From the NCBI RefSeq assembly GCF_001194135.2, contig NC_069006.1:17555048-17619047 (forward strand): a stretch of DNA of 64,000 bases. Reading direction: 5' to 3'. The position numbers and the translations under genes are program-made. Source of the stretch: Octopus bimaculoides (lineage: Eukaryota). Shown here piece after piece: positions 51,401 to 64,000 of the stretch (the first letter of the stretch is position 1; every line of letters starts with the position of its first letter). Below the pieces are notes generated by a model that was given only the letters and a program-made list of their open reading frames with translations, had not been told where the DNA came from and made no database searches.

Positions 51401-51526
51401 ATTCTTATTTAAGAATATTATTGATAGTGACTTCAAAGTTTTACCCAGCTAAGACATTACCAGACTGTCTGATAATAGCTGGCCAAAACTTCAAAGTCAC
51501 TGTCGATAACATTCTTGTATAAGAAT
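51401..51526. repeat. 126-bp palindrome
   Basis: Arms are 50/60 identical plus a 5-nt insertion; 1-nt centre at 51466 (CAGAC-T-GTCTG). Confidence 0.85.
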
Positions 51527-51799
51527 AATAAATTTGTACTCTACAAATGTATAGAGTAACCCATCAGATTAATGTAAAATTGTTTTATTGGGACTGAGCA
51601 TAAAAACAAACATAAATATAATATAATATTTTATATATATATAAATATATATACAACTTTCTGTTCCATTATTGGTTGGGTCATCAGAAAATGTACTCCC
51701 TCTAGTGAGAGGTAACTATCGTTTATTATACACAAGATTTATATTCAAGCTAGTGTTAATTTCATGCTATTGAAATGCATGGTATGACAAGCTGGTATG

Positions 51800-51892
51800 G
51801 CATATCATGTGCTTTCAAGCAATCCTTCAGGTTCAGATATATATATGTTATATACTTGAGTCAGAAAGATTGCTTGGAAACACATGGTATGC
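51800..51892 (+). ncRNA. Pri-miRNA-like hairpin (candidate)
   Basis: Bulge-free fold of 44 positions: 35 Watson-Crick pairs, 5 G-U wobbles and 4 mismatches on the plus strand. No match to a miRNA family I recognise. Confidence 0.3.
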
Positions 51893-52031
51893 TTATTCAT
51901 GCTTGTAAGAATATTGTGTATCCATAGCATGAAGCTAATTGTAGCTTGAATTTAAATGCTGTGTATAATGAATGATACATATATCAACCAGATGTTATGT
52001 ATCACTGATCACAATACACTTTCAATTCTTT

Positions 52032-52310
52032 CTAGGTTGTGCCATTCTTTTTCATCTTGGCCCAAATTATGTTACTAACTCATCTTTTTGTACTCATTGA
52101 GGCCTTCCAAGTGGCTTTTGTGATCTCTCGGATGCCACTTAGCAACTGCATGGGTTCACTTGTCTGTGAACCTTAATATGTTCAGCCCTACAAAATTTGT
52201 GCTTTTGGTATTCTGTGATCACATCATTTGCTTTGATCCATTCTTGGATTACCTCATTTTAGATATGCTCTTGCAATGATATTCCTAGCATGGCCCTTTG
52301 TGTTTTAGCT
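52032..52310 (-). pseudogene. Second decayed RTE-clade LINE ORF2 C-terminus
   Basis: Minus strand encodes KTQRAMLGISLQEHI*NEVIQEWIKANDVITEYQKHKF..AEHI / FTDK*THAVAKWHPRDHK / AQDEKEW. This matches the RTE-1 pattern TQRAM..LGISLRDHI.N..FTDNRWT.AV.EWYPRD.KRP. Confidence 0.8.
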
Positions 52311-52630
52311 GATCAATGTTTTTCCCTCTTCATAGAAACCCATATCTGTCTGTCTATCTTACTATTCATCCATCTTTACTTATTATATTCATATTGTCAT
52401 CTGATCAAGCAACATGCTTTAGCAGTGGAATAAATCCTCACTTCTGAAGAAATAAATTAGTTCCACTATTTAGTGAGTTTTTTTTTCTTTCTGACATTGT
52501 CATCCATATACTCAAATGTGTGTGTGTGTATGTGTTTGCATGTATTTTGATGTATGTGTGTGCATACTCAGACATACACACATATGCTTACATATACATT
52601 TTATATGCACACACAGACATACATACATAT

Positions 52631-52678
<48 letters not shown>

Positions 52679-53050
52679 ATTTTACACGTCTGGCCGTATA
52701 GCCATTTTTGTTTATTCTACTGTTTCGTTTTCCTGTCTTGTTTTCTGTCCGCCACTACATTCCTCCATGATACAAATTTAATTTGTGGTCTGTGGGAAGA
52801 GCCATTTTAACAATGTGTCCTGCCCTAACTCTTCGAAACGCCAGTGTTAGAATGGTGGCAGCTGATAAAGGAAATGTTCTCTATGTGGCCTGTGTGTTTT
52901 CTGTACTCTGTTTATCATTTTGTCTACGTTTTGTTTGCAACATCCTGTACCCAGATATGCATCTATATATACATGTAGATATAGGTATGCACACACATGT
53001 ACGTATATATGCATATACTCATTTATTATATATATATATATACATGCATG

Positions 53051-53090
<40 letters not shown>

Positions 53091-53384
53091 TGCACGCATT
53101 ATATATTAACTGATAGCTATGCTGACATATCTACATACACACGATCTTAACTAAAATTGTTTAGAATCACTTTCATTCCTGTCTGGCTAATTTAAATTAA
53201 TATACTGCTTAGCTTGGGGCGAAATTTTAACAGTAGGTTTTAATTCAATGTGTTCTTAAATTATCTGCTATTTTGATGTTCCATTTTGTTATACTAATTC
53301 ATTGTATTATTTCTGGTGTAATGCACATCCAAAATGAGAGATTGCTCTATTTAACATAACTGTTTTAAACTATTATAACTTTTG

Positions 53385-53605
53385 TAACCTTTTATTACCA
53401 TGTTTCTATTGAAATATATTGCCTTTGTTTCAATTAATTTTGAAAATAATGAAGAATTTTAGTAAAAGTAATTTTGTCATTAAGCTGGTGTTTGGAATAT
53501 AAATTGGCATGAAATTTTGATGGAAGGTTTCAATTTCAGTCTCTTTAAAATGGGAAGCTTGTATCAGAGATAGGACTGAGGGGTCGGTTTGTATTAAAAA
53601 GGTCA
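53385..53605 (-). mobile_element. Family E MITE
   Basis: Homologous to 22075-22323. Confidence 0.75.
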
Positions 53606-54019
53606 TATGCTGTTAGTTTGTGTGTGTGTGTGTGAGAGAGAGAGAGACTGTGTCTGTCTGCCTCTCTTTTCAGAACAGAAAATAGCGCTAAAAATGAGAA
53701 ATATTGATAGTGTTATGTATTGGTTATAGATTTGATTGTTGTTTAACTGTTTACTTCATCACTGATCAAGATGATAGGTCATCTAAGTTATTCCAGTTGT
53801 GGCCATCCCAACCTCTTTTTCTCTTTCGTCCAGTGTAACTCACTTTAATTAAAATATCATGGAATTTTTTTTTTTAATTCTCAAATATGCAATTATTGGT
53901 TTCAATCATTGGACTGTGGCCATGCTGGGGCATCCCCCCATCCAAAGTGCTTATTCAACCTGGAACTTATCTGACCAATCTATTTGTTCAACTGCTAAGT
54001 TAGTGGACATAAAGAAACA

Positions 54020-54152
54020 ATGTCCCTTTGTGTGGCACCTTGAGCAAATGTCTTCTACTGTAGCCTCAGGCTGAGCAAGCCTTGTATGTGGATTCGGTAG
54101 GTGGAAACTGAAAGAAGCCCATTGTGTGTGTGTGGGTGTGTATATATATATT

Positions 54153-54235
<83 letters not shown>

Positions 54236-55212
54236 ATGTATGTGTATCTATGTGTGTCCCCTACTACTGCTTGACAACTGGTGTTGGTGTGTTTATGTCT
54301 CCTAACATTTGAGATTAAGCAACTTTTCATCTGTAGAGTGTAGATAAAATAGACATCTTATTGTTTTTGAGCCTCTGTTCAATACATCTATGACCATCCA
54401 CTCAGTTTCTGAAGTATGGTATCTAGGACTACATTAATCCAATGCGTTTTTTTTATTATTTTTTTTTTTTTTTGTAGTTTTGTGGTAAGAAGTTTGCTTC
54501 CCAACCGTATGGTTCTTGGTTCAGTCCCCTTGCATGGCAAAGAGAGGCTAATAGATTAAGTACTAAGCTTAAAAATAAGTACTGGAGTCAATTTGTTTGA
54601 CTGCACCCTTCAAGGTGGTGTCCCAGCATGGCCACAGCCTAATGACTGAAAGAAGTAAAAGGTAAAGATAAGTCTGTAGAGTGTGATTTGAGGGAGATTT
54701 GGATGTTCTTTCTAACAGGTCAAACATCCTCCCCTAGAGACATCCTCATTGGCTCAGACATCCATAAAACATTAAAAAAAAAAAAAAAAAAAGCTCTAAT
54801 CTTTCCTTCACATTCTGTTGGTTATTTTCCTGCTTATCATTGAGTGCATACCTGGTTATTACTGAGTACATACTTGTGTTTGTGCCAATTCACCATCACT
54901 TAGTTTTATTTTATTTTTGTGTACAAAGCTATATAATAATAATAATAATAATAATGATATTTCTGTGAGTGATGAGAGAAGAAACTTAGTATTTACCAAA
55001 TCTGTCATTATTCATGCTTGCTTTTTCCAACCAGTCAATACCAATTGCAATGTGTTTGTGTTTTGTTTCGTTCTTTTTTCTTCCCTGGCAACTTCTTACT
55101 GACTCCATTTTCTGAAGCTTGTTTAGTTGTTTGGAAATTTCTCTGCTGGCTACAGGTTAGTCCTGTTTGATTCTCACCATCTGTGCAAGAAGTGAAAAAG
55201 CAAGGAAGAAAT

Positions 55213-55254
<42 letters not shown>

Positions 55255-56690
55255 TTAGACCTCCCATCTGGTATCCAGAAATCTGGGAATACTGTGCAAT
55301 ACCGTGCAATATATTGATTTTAAATTTTAACAGAAGGCCAGTAATTTTTTTTGNNNNNNNNNNNNNNNNNNNNNNNNNNNNNNNNNNNNNNNNNNNNNNN
55401 NNNNNNNNNNNNNNNNNNNNNNNNNNNNNNNNNNNNNNNNNNNNNNNNNNNNNNNNNNNNNNGGGGGGGGGGGGAGAGGTAAGTCACTGACATCAACCAT
55501 AGACTACATTGTCCAATGTCTCCTTTTTTTTTCCTACCTATTTTTTGTTATAACTTAAAAGGAGATTTGGCTGCTATTTCTAGCAGGTTAAGTGACCATG
55601 TAGTGGCTCTCTTGATAGTGTATTGTTCATAGTGTTGTGTTCTTCTCTTTTGTAAGGCAGTGGGATGTGAATCAAGGACCAGATGACCGAGTAGCAGCTC
55701 CTGTATTAGCTGTGTTGTTGTTCATAGTGCTTTTGGTGGTGGTGTATGTTGTTTAGCCCAAGGCCAGTCATGATTGAGGAGATGCATGATCAAACACATT
55801 CCAGCTACAACTATCCCATCTTTTTTTTATTTTTTACACAGTAGGTGCAGGTGTGGTTGTGTGGTAAGAAGCTTGCTTCCCAACCATGTGGTCTTGAGTT
55901 CAGTCCCACTGTATGATTTCTTGGCAAGTGTCTTCTACTATAGCCCTGAACCAACCAAAACCTTGGAGTGGATTTGAAAACTGAAAGAAGCCTGTCATGT
56001 ACATGTGTATGCATCTATGAATGTTTGTTCTCCCAACACCACCAACACCACCACCATTTGGTGTTGGTTTATTGGTTTGGCAAAAGAGACCAACAGAAGT
56101 TGTACCAGGCTTGCAAAGACTGGGACCAATTTGTTCAACTAAACCCTTTAAGGTGGTGCCCCAACATGGTTGTGGTCTGAAAACTGAAACAAGTAAAAGA
56201 TAAAAGAAGATTTATGATGGTTGAATGAGATTTGGCTGTTATTTCTAGAAGCTTAAAAGCACAACTTTGCAGCCATCTTTGTGACTCATGTTCATGGCAT
56301 TTTGATGGTCAGTGTTAAATTGTATACTGACATGATCAGCACTTGAATAGACTTTGAAAATACATTAATGTAATGATTTTATTTGAAACCGTGACAGAAA
56401 ACAAATACTATTTGGCAACTCTGCTATGATGAACAGTTTAACTGTGAAGACGCTTTCATTTGAGGATATCACTTAACATCTGAAGAATGCCATCACAATT
56501 TGATGATATCTCCACATGCTTTTCAAAGCCATACACTCTATCTCATAATGATACTGTGTGACTGTTGTCCATACAGTGTCCAGTTTAAATGTCTTAGCTC
56601 TTAAAATGTCTATGTCTGTGATGTACATCTATCAAATTGTTTCATTAATAGATGATGAATTCAGAATTTTAACTTCATGACAATACCTAC

Positions 56691-56775
<85 letters not shown>

Positions 56776-57720
56776 TTATATGTTCACACACAAACACACA
56801 CTATTGATACAGACAAATTTGATTCTGATTGTGATAGACAAAATGAAAAGCTTATTGTTTGAGTTAAAATTTAGCTGTTAGCATTAAGTGTTAGATTTAT
56901 TTTCTATGTATTTGGACAACATTAATGTTGATTGATTTTGCTCTTCTCATCCCATCTGAGTTTTTTTGTTTGTTTTTTATTGATTCTGCTTTTCTTTTCT
57001 TTTCTTTTTTTATATTTATTACTATTGATCTTTCCAATATCTTCTCTATAAAAACCCCGGTCTTGGTTTATAATTATGCGATTAGCTCAGCAGTGGCTGT
57101 TTTGCTCATGCAGCTTTCATTCTGAAGAATCTGTCTTTTGTCAGTGCAGTGTATTTAACACAGTTTGTTTTGCGTTGTCTTAATCCCCTTCGGAACATAA
57201 TACAACCGGCTGTAATAAACAGCCTGAGTGTATCCTCCCTGCTTATTGCAATGCAGAGTGCCACTGGAATGAAGATCCCTCAGAGCTGACATCCTGACTT
57301 TAAAAAAAGGCAATTCCTCACCAGCAAAAAGGTGACTGAGTGGACAGGAGCAGGCAACATGTGGTTTGTTTGCAAGTGACATAAGAAATCTGTTAGTGCT
57401 ACAATAAGATTATTGTATTTTGTATTCATTCTATATTCATTTTCTATATGTCTATACAAGTAGGCATAGGTGTGGCTGTGTGGTAAGAAGCATGCTTCCC
57501 AACCACATGGTTCAGTCCCACTGTGTGACACCTTGGCCAAGTGTATTCTACTATAGCCTTTGGCCTACCAAAACTTTGTGAGTGGATTTGGTAGGCAGAA
57601 ACTGTGAGAAGCCTAGGCTTAAAAAAAAGTACTTAGGTTGATTAATTCTACTAAAATCTCTTCAAGGCGGTGCCCCAGCATGGCCGCAGTGTAATGACTG
57701 AAACGGTGAAAGATAAAAGA
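54020..57720 (+). mobile_element. Series of family A SINE copies (about 54020-54310, 54480-54672, 55845-56205 and 57463-57720)
   Basis: Each has an A head and/or the AAGGTGGTGCCCCAGCATGG...AAGTAAAAGATAAAAG tail; some are internally deleted. Confidence 0.8.
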
Positions 57721-57784
57721 AGTTTTTAGGTTTCACATCTGAACTCCTGTACATACTCTATAATGCACATTGAAAATATTCCTG

Positions 57785-57818
<34 letters not shown>

Positions 57819-58316
57819 ATTTACTGGTTTCAGTCTGCTGGGGTACCACCATCAAATGTTTAGTTGGTCATATTCATCCCAATATTTAAGTTTAGTGTAG
57901 TTCATATTTTATTGATCTTTGATTGCTGAAGCTAAAATACATAAAGACACAACTATATATAGTGTAGTACAGTATAGCTGAAATGAAACAAGTTGTCTGT
58001 GATTACTGGTACATGTAGACAAAGCAAATATATCAGTAAAAACTGGTACAAAGCCAGCAGCAAAGTACAATAAATGTGAATGGGTTCCTGTAGATGCAGA
58101 CAAAGCAAATATTTTATAATGAGTAACAGAGGGGGAAAAAGAAAAAAAATTGAATGCAATCTAATAGAAAATTGGTATTTCAGTAAATAGCATAGGCTAC
58201 GTAGCAAGCAGTAAAGTAGAATAAATGTTAGGGTGGGGTGAGGATCTCGAAGGCTTATTTAATCATCATTTTGTGAAACCTAGGAAGCATCATCTGCAAA
58301 ACTAGGGAAAAACCAG

Positions 58317-58560
58317 CCTCCTCAAAGCCTGAAAACTCATTCTCTCGGCTGACATCCGTAGTAATCTGTCGGTGGAGTAGGATCTGAGTTGTCAATATTT
58401 TCTTTCAACAATAAATCATCCTCAGTACCATCCATGGCATTATTAATGGTTTCACCACTATCTCTTTTACAACATCCCTTAAAACTATTTACTTTCTCAC
58501 AAACTTCTGCTATAATGGCTTCTTTCTTCTTTCTGTATTTATCGCTTCAAAATCTCGAGT
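58317..58560 (-). pseudogene. pogo/Tigger-like transposase C-terminal relic
   Basis: Minus strand encodes KEAII..VNSFKGC..INNAMDGTEDDLLL..NSD.. and, after a frameshift, ENEFSGFEE. This matches the SFKKCGISNAMDGTEDDLL..EFxGF end of pogo-family transposases. Confidence 0.7.
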
Positions 58561-58597
58561 CTCTATCTATTTGTTCCAGTCCTCCTTTACAAATGTT

Positions 58598-59234
58598 TTA
58601 AGCCAGGCTACATTCAGTCTAAATATTCCACCAGTTTTATATTCAAATCAGCCAGATCTGGTATCTCAGACTTACCCTACAATGTCGGCCAAAAAATAAC
58701 ACATCATTGATATCTCAAAGCTATGAAATAATGGATGATTAATTCAAAACAATGTCAATAACTATATTCCATTTGTCAGAGTAATCTGAATGCTAAAGAG
58801 TTAAATGTCTTATTGATTGATACATCTAAAGGCCACAAGTGGTTACCTAATTTTCTCTTGCATTGCAACTTAGTTTTCAGTTGTCTAACCTTTTCCTTAA
58901 CAAGCTCAGTTCTCTGAGCCTGAAACCTATCCCAAACTAATGATGTAGGTTTTTTTAATAACACATCGAGATGCCTGAATCATATGTTCACTATCCACAG
59001 TGTAGATTATAACAAGGATCTTAAATTTAACCTTTTAGCATTTAAACTGGCCATATTTGGCATAAATATTTCTATCTGTTTTATGTTGAAACTGACCAGA
59101 TCTGGCCTTCCACAAACACCTACATCATTTGAAACCTTGAACCTACATGATAATGCATGATTAATTCATAACAAGAACAATGTGAATAAATATGGATTGC
59201 ATTTAACAGAATAAACTGAATGCTAAAAGGTTAA
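58598..59234 (+). mobile_element. Two family D MITEs (58598-58804; 59027-59234)
   Basis: Both end AATGCTAAA(G/A)(A/G)GTTAA; the second starts TTAACCTTTTAGCATT. Confidence 0.8.
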
Positions 59235-60044
59235 TGTTGTAGCAAATGCTTTGTCATTTTTGATGCATGGATTTGCAGTATGCAGGGAATTTACCATAAA
59301 TCAAAAATGTTAGTGAAAAACCATAACCAGAATCTATCTCTGATCAAAGTCACTGAGTGAGGATATGGTTCTTTTATATTTTTGGTCAAGAGATTTACTA
59401 AACAAGATGCGATGCTCATACTTTTGGCTGTGGTGGTTTTTTTTTTTTGCTGCTGTGATCCGCCACAGGGTGTAGCATCATCTCTATTGTTTTGTAATCA
59501 GCCATTAGCTGTATAACTGACTGACAGCTGATGTTGTGAACATCTTCTAATCTTTCTGGTAGCATTTCTTTTTATTTACTAGTTGATAATAAACAAATGT
59601 TTCTTAAAGGTAACGCAGAAATTAAATAATGTAAGACATATATCTGGCTTGGGGTTACTGGGGAAGGCGGTACAGTGAGATGATATGAAATTCCTTCTAC
59701 TGTTAGCTTCAAATGTACTGTAAGCTATTATTTAGTTCTTAAACAAATTTACCATACGTTTGCGCTAATAGATTAGGATAATTCAGCTTGTTTTTTAAGT
59801 ATTTTATCTTTAATAATATTTTTAGCAACATAATTTTTGTGGTTAGTGAATGCCTGAGCCTTCGCTTGGTATTTTATATAGATATACACAGTTAACTAAC
59901 CCAACTAGTAGCTAGGTATTTGGCACATGCAGTGTTGTTTGGTCTCCCATCTGTAATGTGAATGCATTAGACGTGAAGTAAGTTTTAAATTGCTTTTTTA
60001 TTATTTTTTGTGGTGGTGGTGGTGGGGGTAGGGGTAATATTAGC

Positions 60045-60452
60045 TACAGATTTTGGCACAAGGCCAGCAGTTTCACGGGAAGGGGTAAGTCGATTACATT
60101 GACCCCAGTGCTCAACTGGTACTTATTTTGTTGGCTCTGAAAGGATGACAGGCAAAGTCATCCCTGATGGACTCTGAACTCAGAATGTAAAAATGGATGA
60201 AATGTTGTGAAGCATTTTGCCTGGTGTGTTAATGGTTCTTATTTCTTCATTGCCCACAAGGGGACAAACAAGGACAGACAAAGGAATTAAGTAGATTACA
60301 TCGACACCAGTACGCAACTGGTACCTAATTTATCGACCCCGAAAGGATGAAAGGCAAAGTCAACCTCGGCGGAATTTGAGCTCAGAACGTAATGGCAGAC
60401 AAAATACCGCTAAGCATTTCATGTTAATGATTCTGCCAGCTTACCACCTTTG
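60045..60452 (-). mobile_element. Older B2 SINE with a nested, 5'-truncated B1 SINE (60240-60421)
   Basis: 13-bp direct repeat TGTTAATG(G/A)TTCT at 60227-60239 and 60422-60434. Confidence 0.75.
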
Positions 60453-61269
60453 TGGTGGGGGTAATATTGCATTCTATGCTTAGGCAGCAGATATCAATTT
60501 CATACAAGTTTGTCAATTTTTTCATTTTTCACTTTTTGTAATTTATCCTTTAATGTGTCCTGAAAATTATTGTAGAATGTTCTGAATTTCATATTTTTGA
60601 TAAAAAAAATATCTTTATTCATATCATTGAAGAATCCTGTTATTTAAACAACTGTATCCAACTCAAATATTCTACCGGTTTAACATTGAAATTTGGCCAG
60701 ATCTGGCCTTTCACACCTTCCCTACCATGTCATTCTAGATATGAACAATCACATCATTGAAAAATCCAGTTGCTTTGTGACTGCCTAAAGCATGGGTTCT
60801 TATTTTATTACAGACCACTTTTGATTTACCAAATATTTTCATGGGTCACTTGAGCATAAAATTAATGAAATTAAACAGAAAAATTTCAGTTTATCAGCAA
60901 ATAATGCAACTTAGAGAAACGCAGTTGAAATAAGCAAATGCATGTACATAGTGATAAACCCTAGTATTTAATACGACTGCAATTATATGACAGGATTTAG
61001 CATGGACCACTGGAAATTTTGCCATGAGCCAACCATCGATCTAAATATTTAACCCAACTTAATTGAATTAAGGTCAGTGATATACCAGAGCTTTGTAAAT
61101 CTGTACTGATCCTTTGCCTCAGTTCAGTTGTGTGTGTGTGTGTGTGTGTGGCTATTAACATTGCTTCTATGGCAAGGTTTCTGGAAATGATCCAGGAAGT
61201 CCTGTGGCTATGAAGAGCTTGTTTGAGTAGTCTTTCTGTCACTTGTATGATAGCATGATTTATCACACT

Positions 61270-61397
<128 letters not shown>

Positions 61398-61560
61398 TCT
61401 CACACACACACACACACACACAAAGGATAGAAAGCAGATGTAAAATGATAATGGTGTTGATGATAATGAGATCTCTGTCGGGTAATTGCTCAGCTTGCTT
61501 GAAATAGTCAAATCTCCCTCAAATCATTCCCTACCAATCTTAAAAAGAAAAAAAAAAGAT

Positions 61561-61776
61561 TTAGCATTTAAATCAGTCATATCTGGCCCAAACGTTCTAC
61601 CTATTTTATATTCAAACTGGTCAGATTTGTCCTCTCACATCTACCCTACAATGTTGTCCTAAATAAAAACAATCACATCGTCTAAATCTTGAAGCCATGA
61701 GATTAATGCATGATTAATTCGAAACAATGTGAATGAATAAGCTTTACATTTGAATAATCTGAATGCGAAGCAGTTA
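61561..61776 (+). mobile_element. Family D MITE
   Basis: TTAGCATTTAAATCAG...TCTGAATGCGAAGCAGTTAA. Confidence 0.75.
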
Positions 61777-61934
61777 ATATTGTGTTAGGTGCTCTATGGC
61801 TAAATATAACAAAGACAAGATGATCATGGCAGGGCTATATTATCTGCTGGATCTGAGATGACCTGGGGCTAATCAACAACAGCATTATCATTGTAAACCA
61901 GATTGTCTGTGCTGGGAGGTTGATTCCCATGGCT

Positions 61935-61972
<38 letters not shown>

Positions 61973-62435
61973 GCACAATGATGCTGGTTTGAATGGTCTA
62001 TGTGTGCTTGAAATGAAACACTGCTGCTTGTCTTGCTATAAAATAGACATCATCTATCATCAAGTGGAACTGATACCGGATTTAGTAGGCTGTAGGGCTT
62101 ATTTATTTATTTATTTATTTGTTTTTTCAGAAAGAATATTCTGTTTTCAATAGAGTTGAGTTCCTATTATATGCATGTGTATATGTATGTATGTATGTAT
62201 GTATGTATATATATATGTGTGTGTGTGTGTATTTGCATATGTATATAAAAATGGATGTATGTATTTATATATGTGTGCGTGTATCTCTTGATGTTTGATC
62301 TTGGTTCTTAACAAAACACACACACACATGTGCATGCGATCACATGTATTCTTGCACAGAGGCACACACACACACACACTAATTCTGCATTTCTTTCTCT
62401 CATGTATACCCACATGAACATTTTCATGATCTCAG

Positions 62436-62498
<63 letters not shown>

Positions 62499-62714
62499 AC
62501 AATTCTCTATTAAAGAACTGTTTGCTAGCATGATGTTGGAACCAATTGTCTTTGGAGTGTTTTGTGAAGCACCCAAATCACCTATTTGCGGAATTTCTTT
62601 ATGCTGGAGGTGTTTCCTAACCTGTTCATGGCAAATCTGTAATTTTATCTCGATTTTACAAGTGTACTGCCTAAAGTTGAATTGCTCTGAGGAACATTAT
62701 TCATTTTTCAATAG

Positions 62715-63255
62715 TGGCCACCACCACCACCACTACTACTACTACTACTACGACCACCACCACTGCTGCTGCTGCTGCTACTACTACTACCACCACCACC
62801 ACCATCACTACCACCACTACTACTACTATCACTATCACCACACCATTGTAATCATCACCATTACTATTACCTCTTCCTCTATTACCACTATCATCATCAC
62901 TTCTTCTTCCACTACCACCACCGCCACTACCATTACCACTATCAATTCTATCACCACCACCATCATTACCTCTGTCCTCACATCACCATTATCTCTGTCA
63001 CCATTACTACTGTCATTTCCAACACCATCACCACTGCTAAGATACCACCGCCAATTACTACAGCACTACCATCATTACCGTTACTACCACCGTCAGTGTC
63101 ACCATCACCATCACTGCCACCACCATTACTACCCGCACCCTTATCATCTCCACTAATAAGACCATCATTACTACCCTCTCCTTTCACCGCCATTATTACC
63201 ATCAACATCCCACCACCACCACCACCACCACCACCATCAAAACTACGACTACCAC
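62715..63255. repeat. (CAC/TAC/CAT/TGC)n low-complexity tract
   Basis: Mixed trinucleotide repeats; explains the His/Thr/Tyr-rich ORFs in the track. Confidence 0.9.
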
Positions 63256-63722
63256 CATCATTTCAAATGCACACATGCTCCAAGCATTTCCAAATGCTAA
63301 GAAATATTCCCTACATATTATTTCAATCCCTCTGTCGTATAATGTGTTTGTTGTTTAATCATACAGTTTTACAGAAATGCATGTTTACAACTGACTATGT
63401 TTTATAAATTGTATACTAAGTTAGGCTTTGCTGTGTGGTTAACTAACAAGTTAGCATTGCAATGTCATGGTTCGTAGGTTCAATCCCCATGTGCTGCACA
63501 CTAAAGGCAAGTGTCTTCTACCAGTGTTCCAGATTAGCCAATCATGTATGAGTGTAACTTTTTAGGCAGAAACTTTACTGAAGCGATGGACCACAGCTGA
63601 TTTCAGCAGTCTAAGAAAACCTACAAAGGGCAGGTGTGCTGTCCCTCTTCTTTCAAAGGACTGCTGAAATCATCTCCGGTCTATTTCTCTTTGAACTTCT
63701 GTAATACAACACATGTATACAT

Positions 63723-63795
<73 letters not shown>

Positions 63796-63844
63796 GTGTG
63801 ATTGTGTCTGTGACATAAAGTGTAATTGCAAGCTTTATTTGTAG

Positions 63845-64000
63845 GCTTGTGGGTGCTGGTGTTATGTAAAAGCACCCAGTACATCCTGTGGCATTAGGAA
63901 GGGCATCCAGTTGTTGAAATACCAAAATAGACAAAATGGAACCTAGGCAGCTCTTCAGCTGGCCAACTCCCATCATACCATCTAACCCATGCCAGCCTGG
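63845..64000 (+). mobile_element. Family C repeat, diverged, running off the window end
   Basis: GGCATTAGGAAGGGCATCCAG...CTAACCCATGCCAGC. Confidence 0.7.

Noticed and set aside
52036-52176. Hydrophobic plus-strand frame after a ttctttctag acceptor
   Set aside because: It is the antisense of the RTE LINE relic.
62530-63407. 208-aa His/Thr/Tyr-rich ORF and overlapping ORFs
   Set aside because: Translation of mixed trinucleotide low-complexity DNA; no domain and no splice context.

Overview
AT-rich animal genomic DNA, dense in microsatellites, with 16 N-gaps (about 3.3 kb). The repeat content points to an Octopus genome (inferred from recognising the repeats, not from a search). No protein-coding gene can be called with confidence. 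ORF-track entries are mostly gap read-through, microsatellite, low-complexity or SINE-derived frames. The window reads as intronic or intergenic DNA filled with mobile elements. There are about five SINE-like families, labelled here A (tRNA head + CORE-like), B (subtypes B1/B2), C ((GAT)n tail), F ((AAC)n tail) and H. There are also two TTAA-bounded MITE families (D, E), other MITEs, two decayed RTE-clade LINE 3' ends and a pogo/Tigger-like transposase relic. The most interesting non-routine signals: a 244-bp palindrome just downstream of a well-formed micro-exon (20.1 kb), a pri-miRNA-like hairpin next to a second palindrome (51.4-51.9 kb), and several motif clusters (TTGAC array, perfect DR4, octamer-rich minisatellite, duplicated POU/homeobox-like core). 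Also notable are nested or chimeric SINE/MITE structures and a few isolated exon candidates. Family letters are my own labels, and element ends are approximate unless a TSD or TIR is given.
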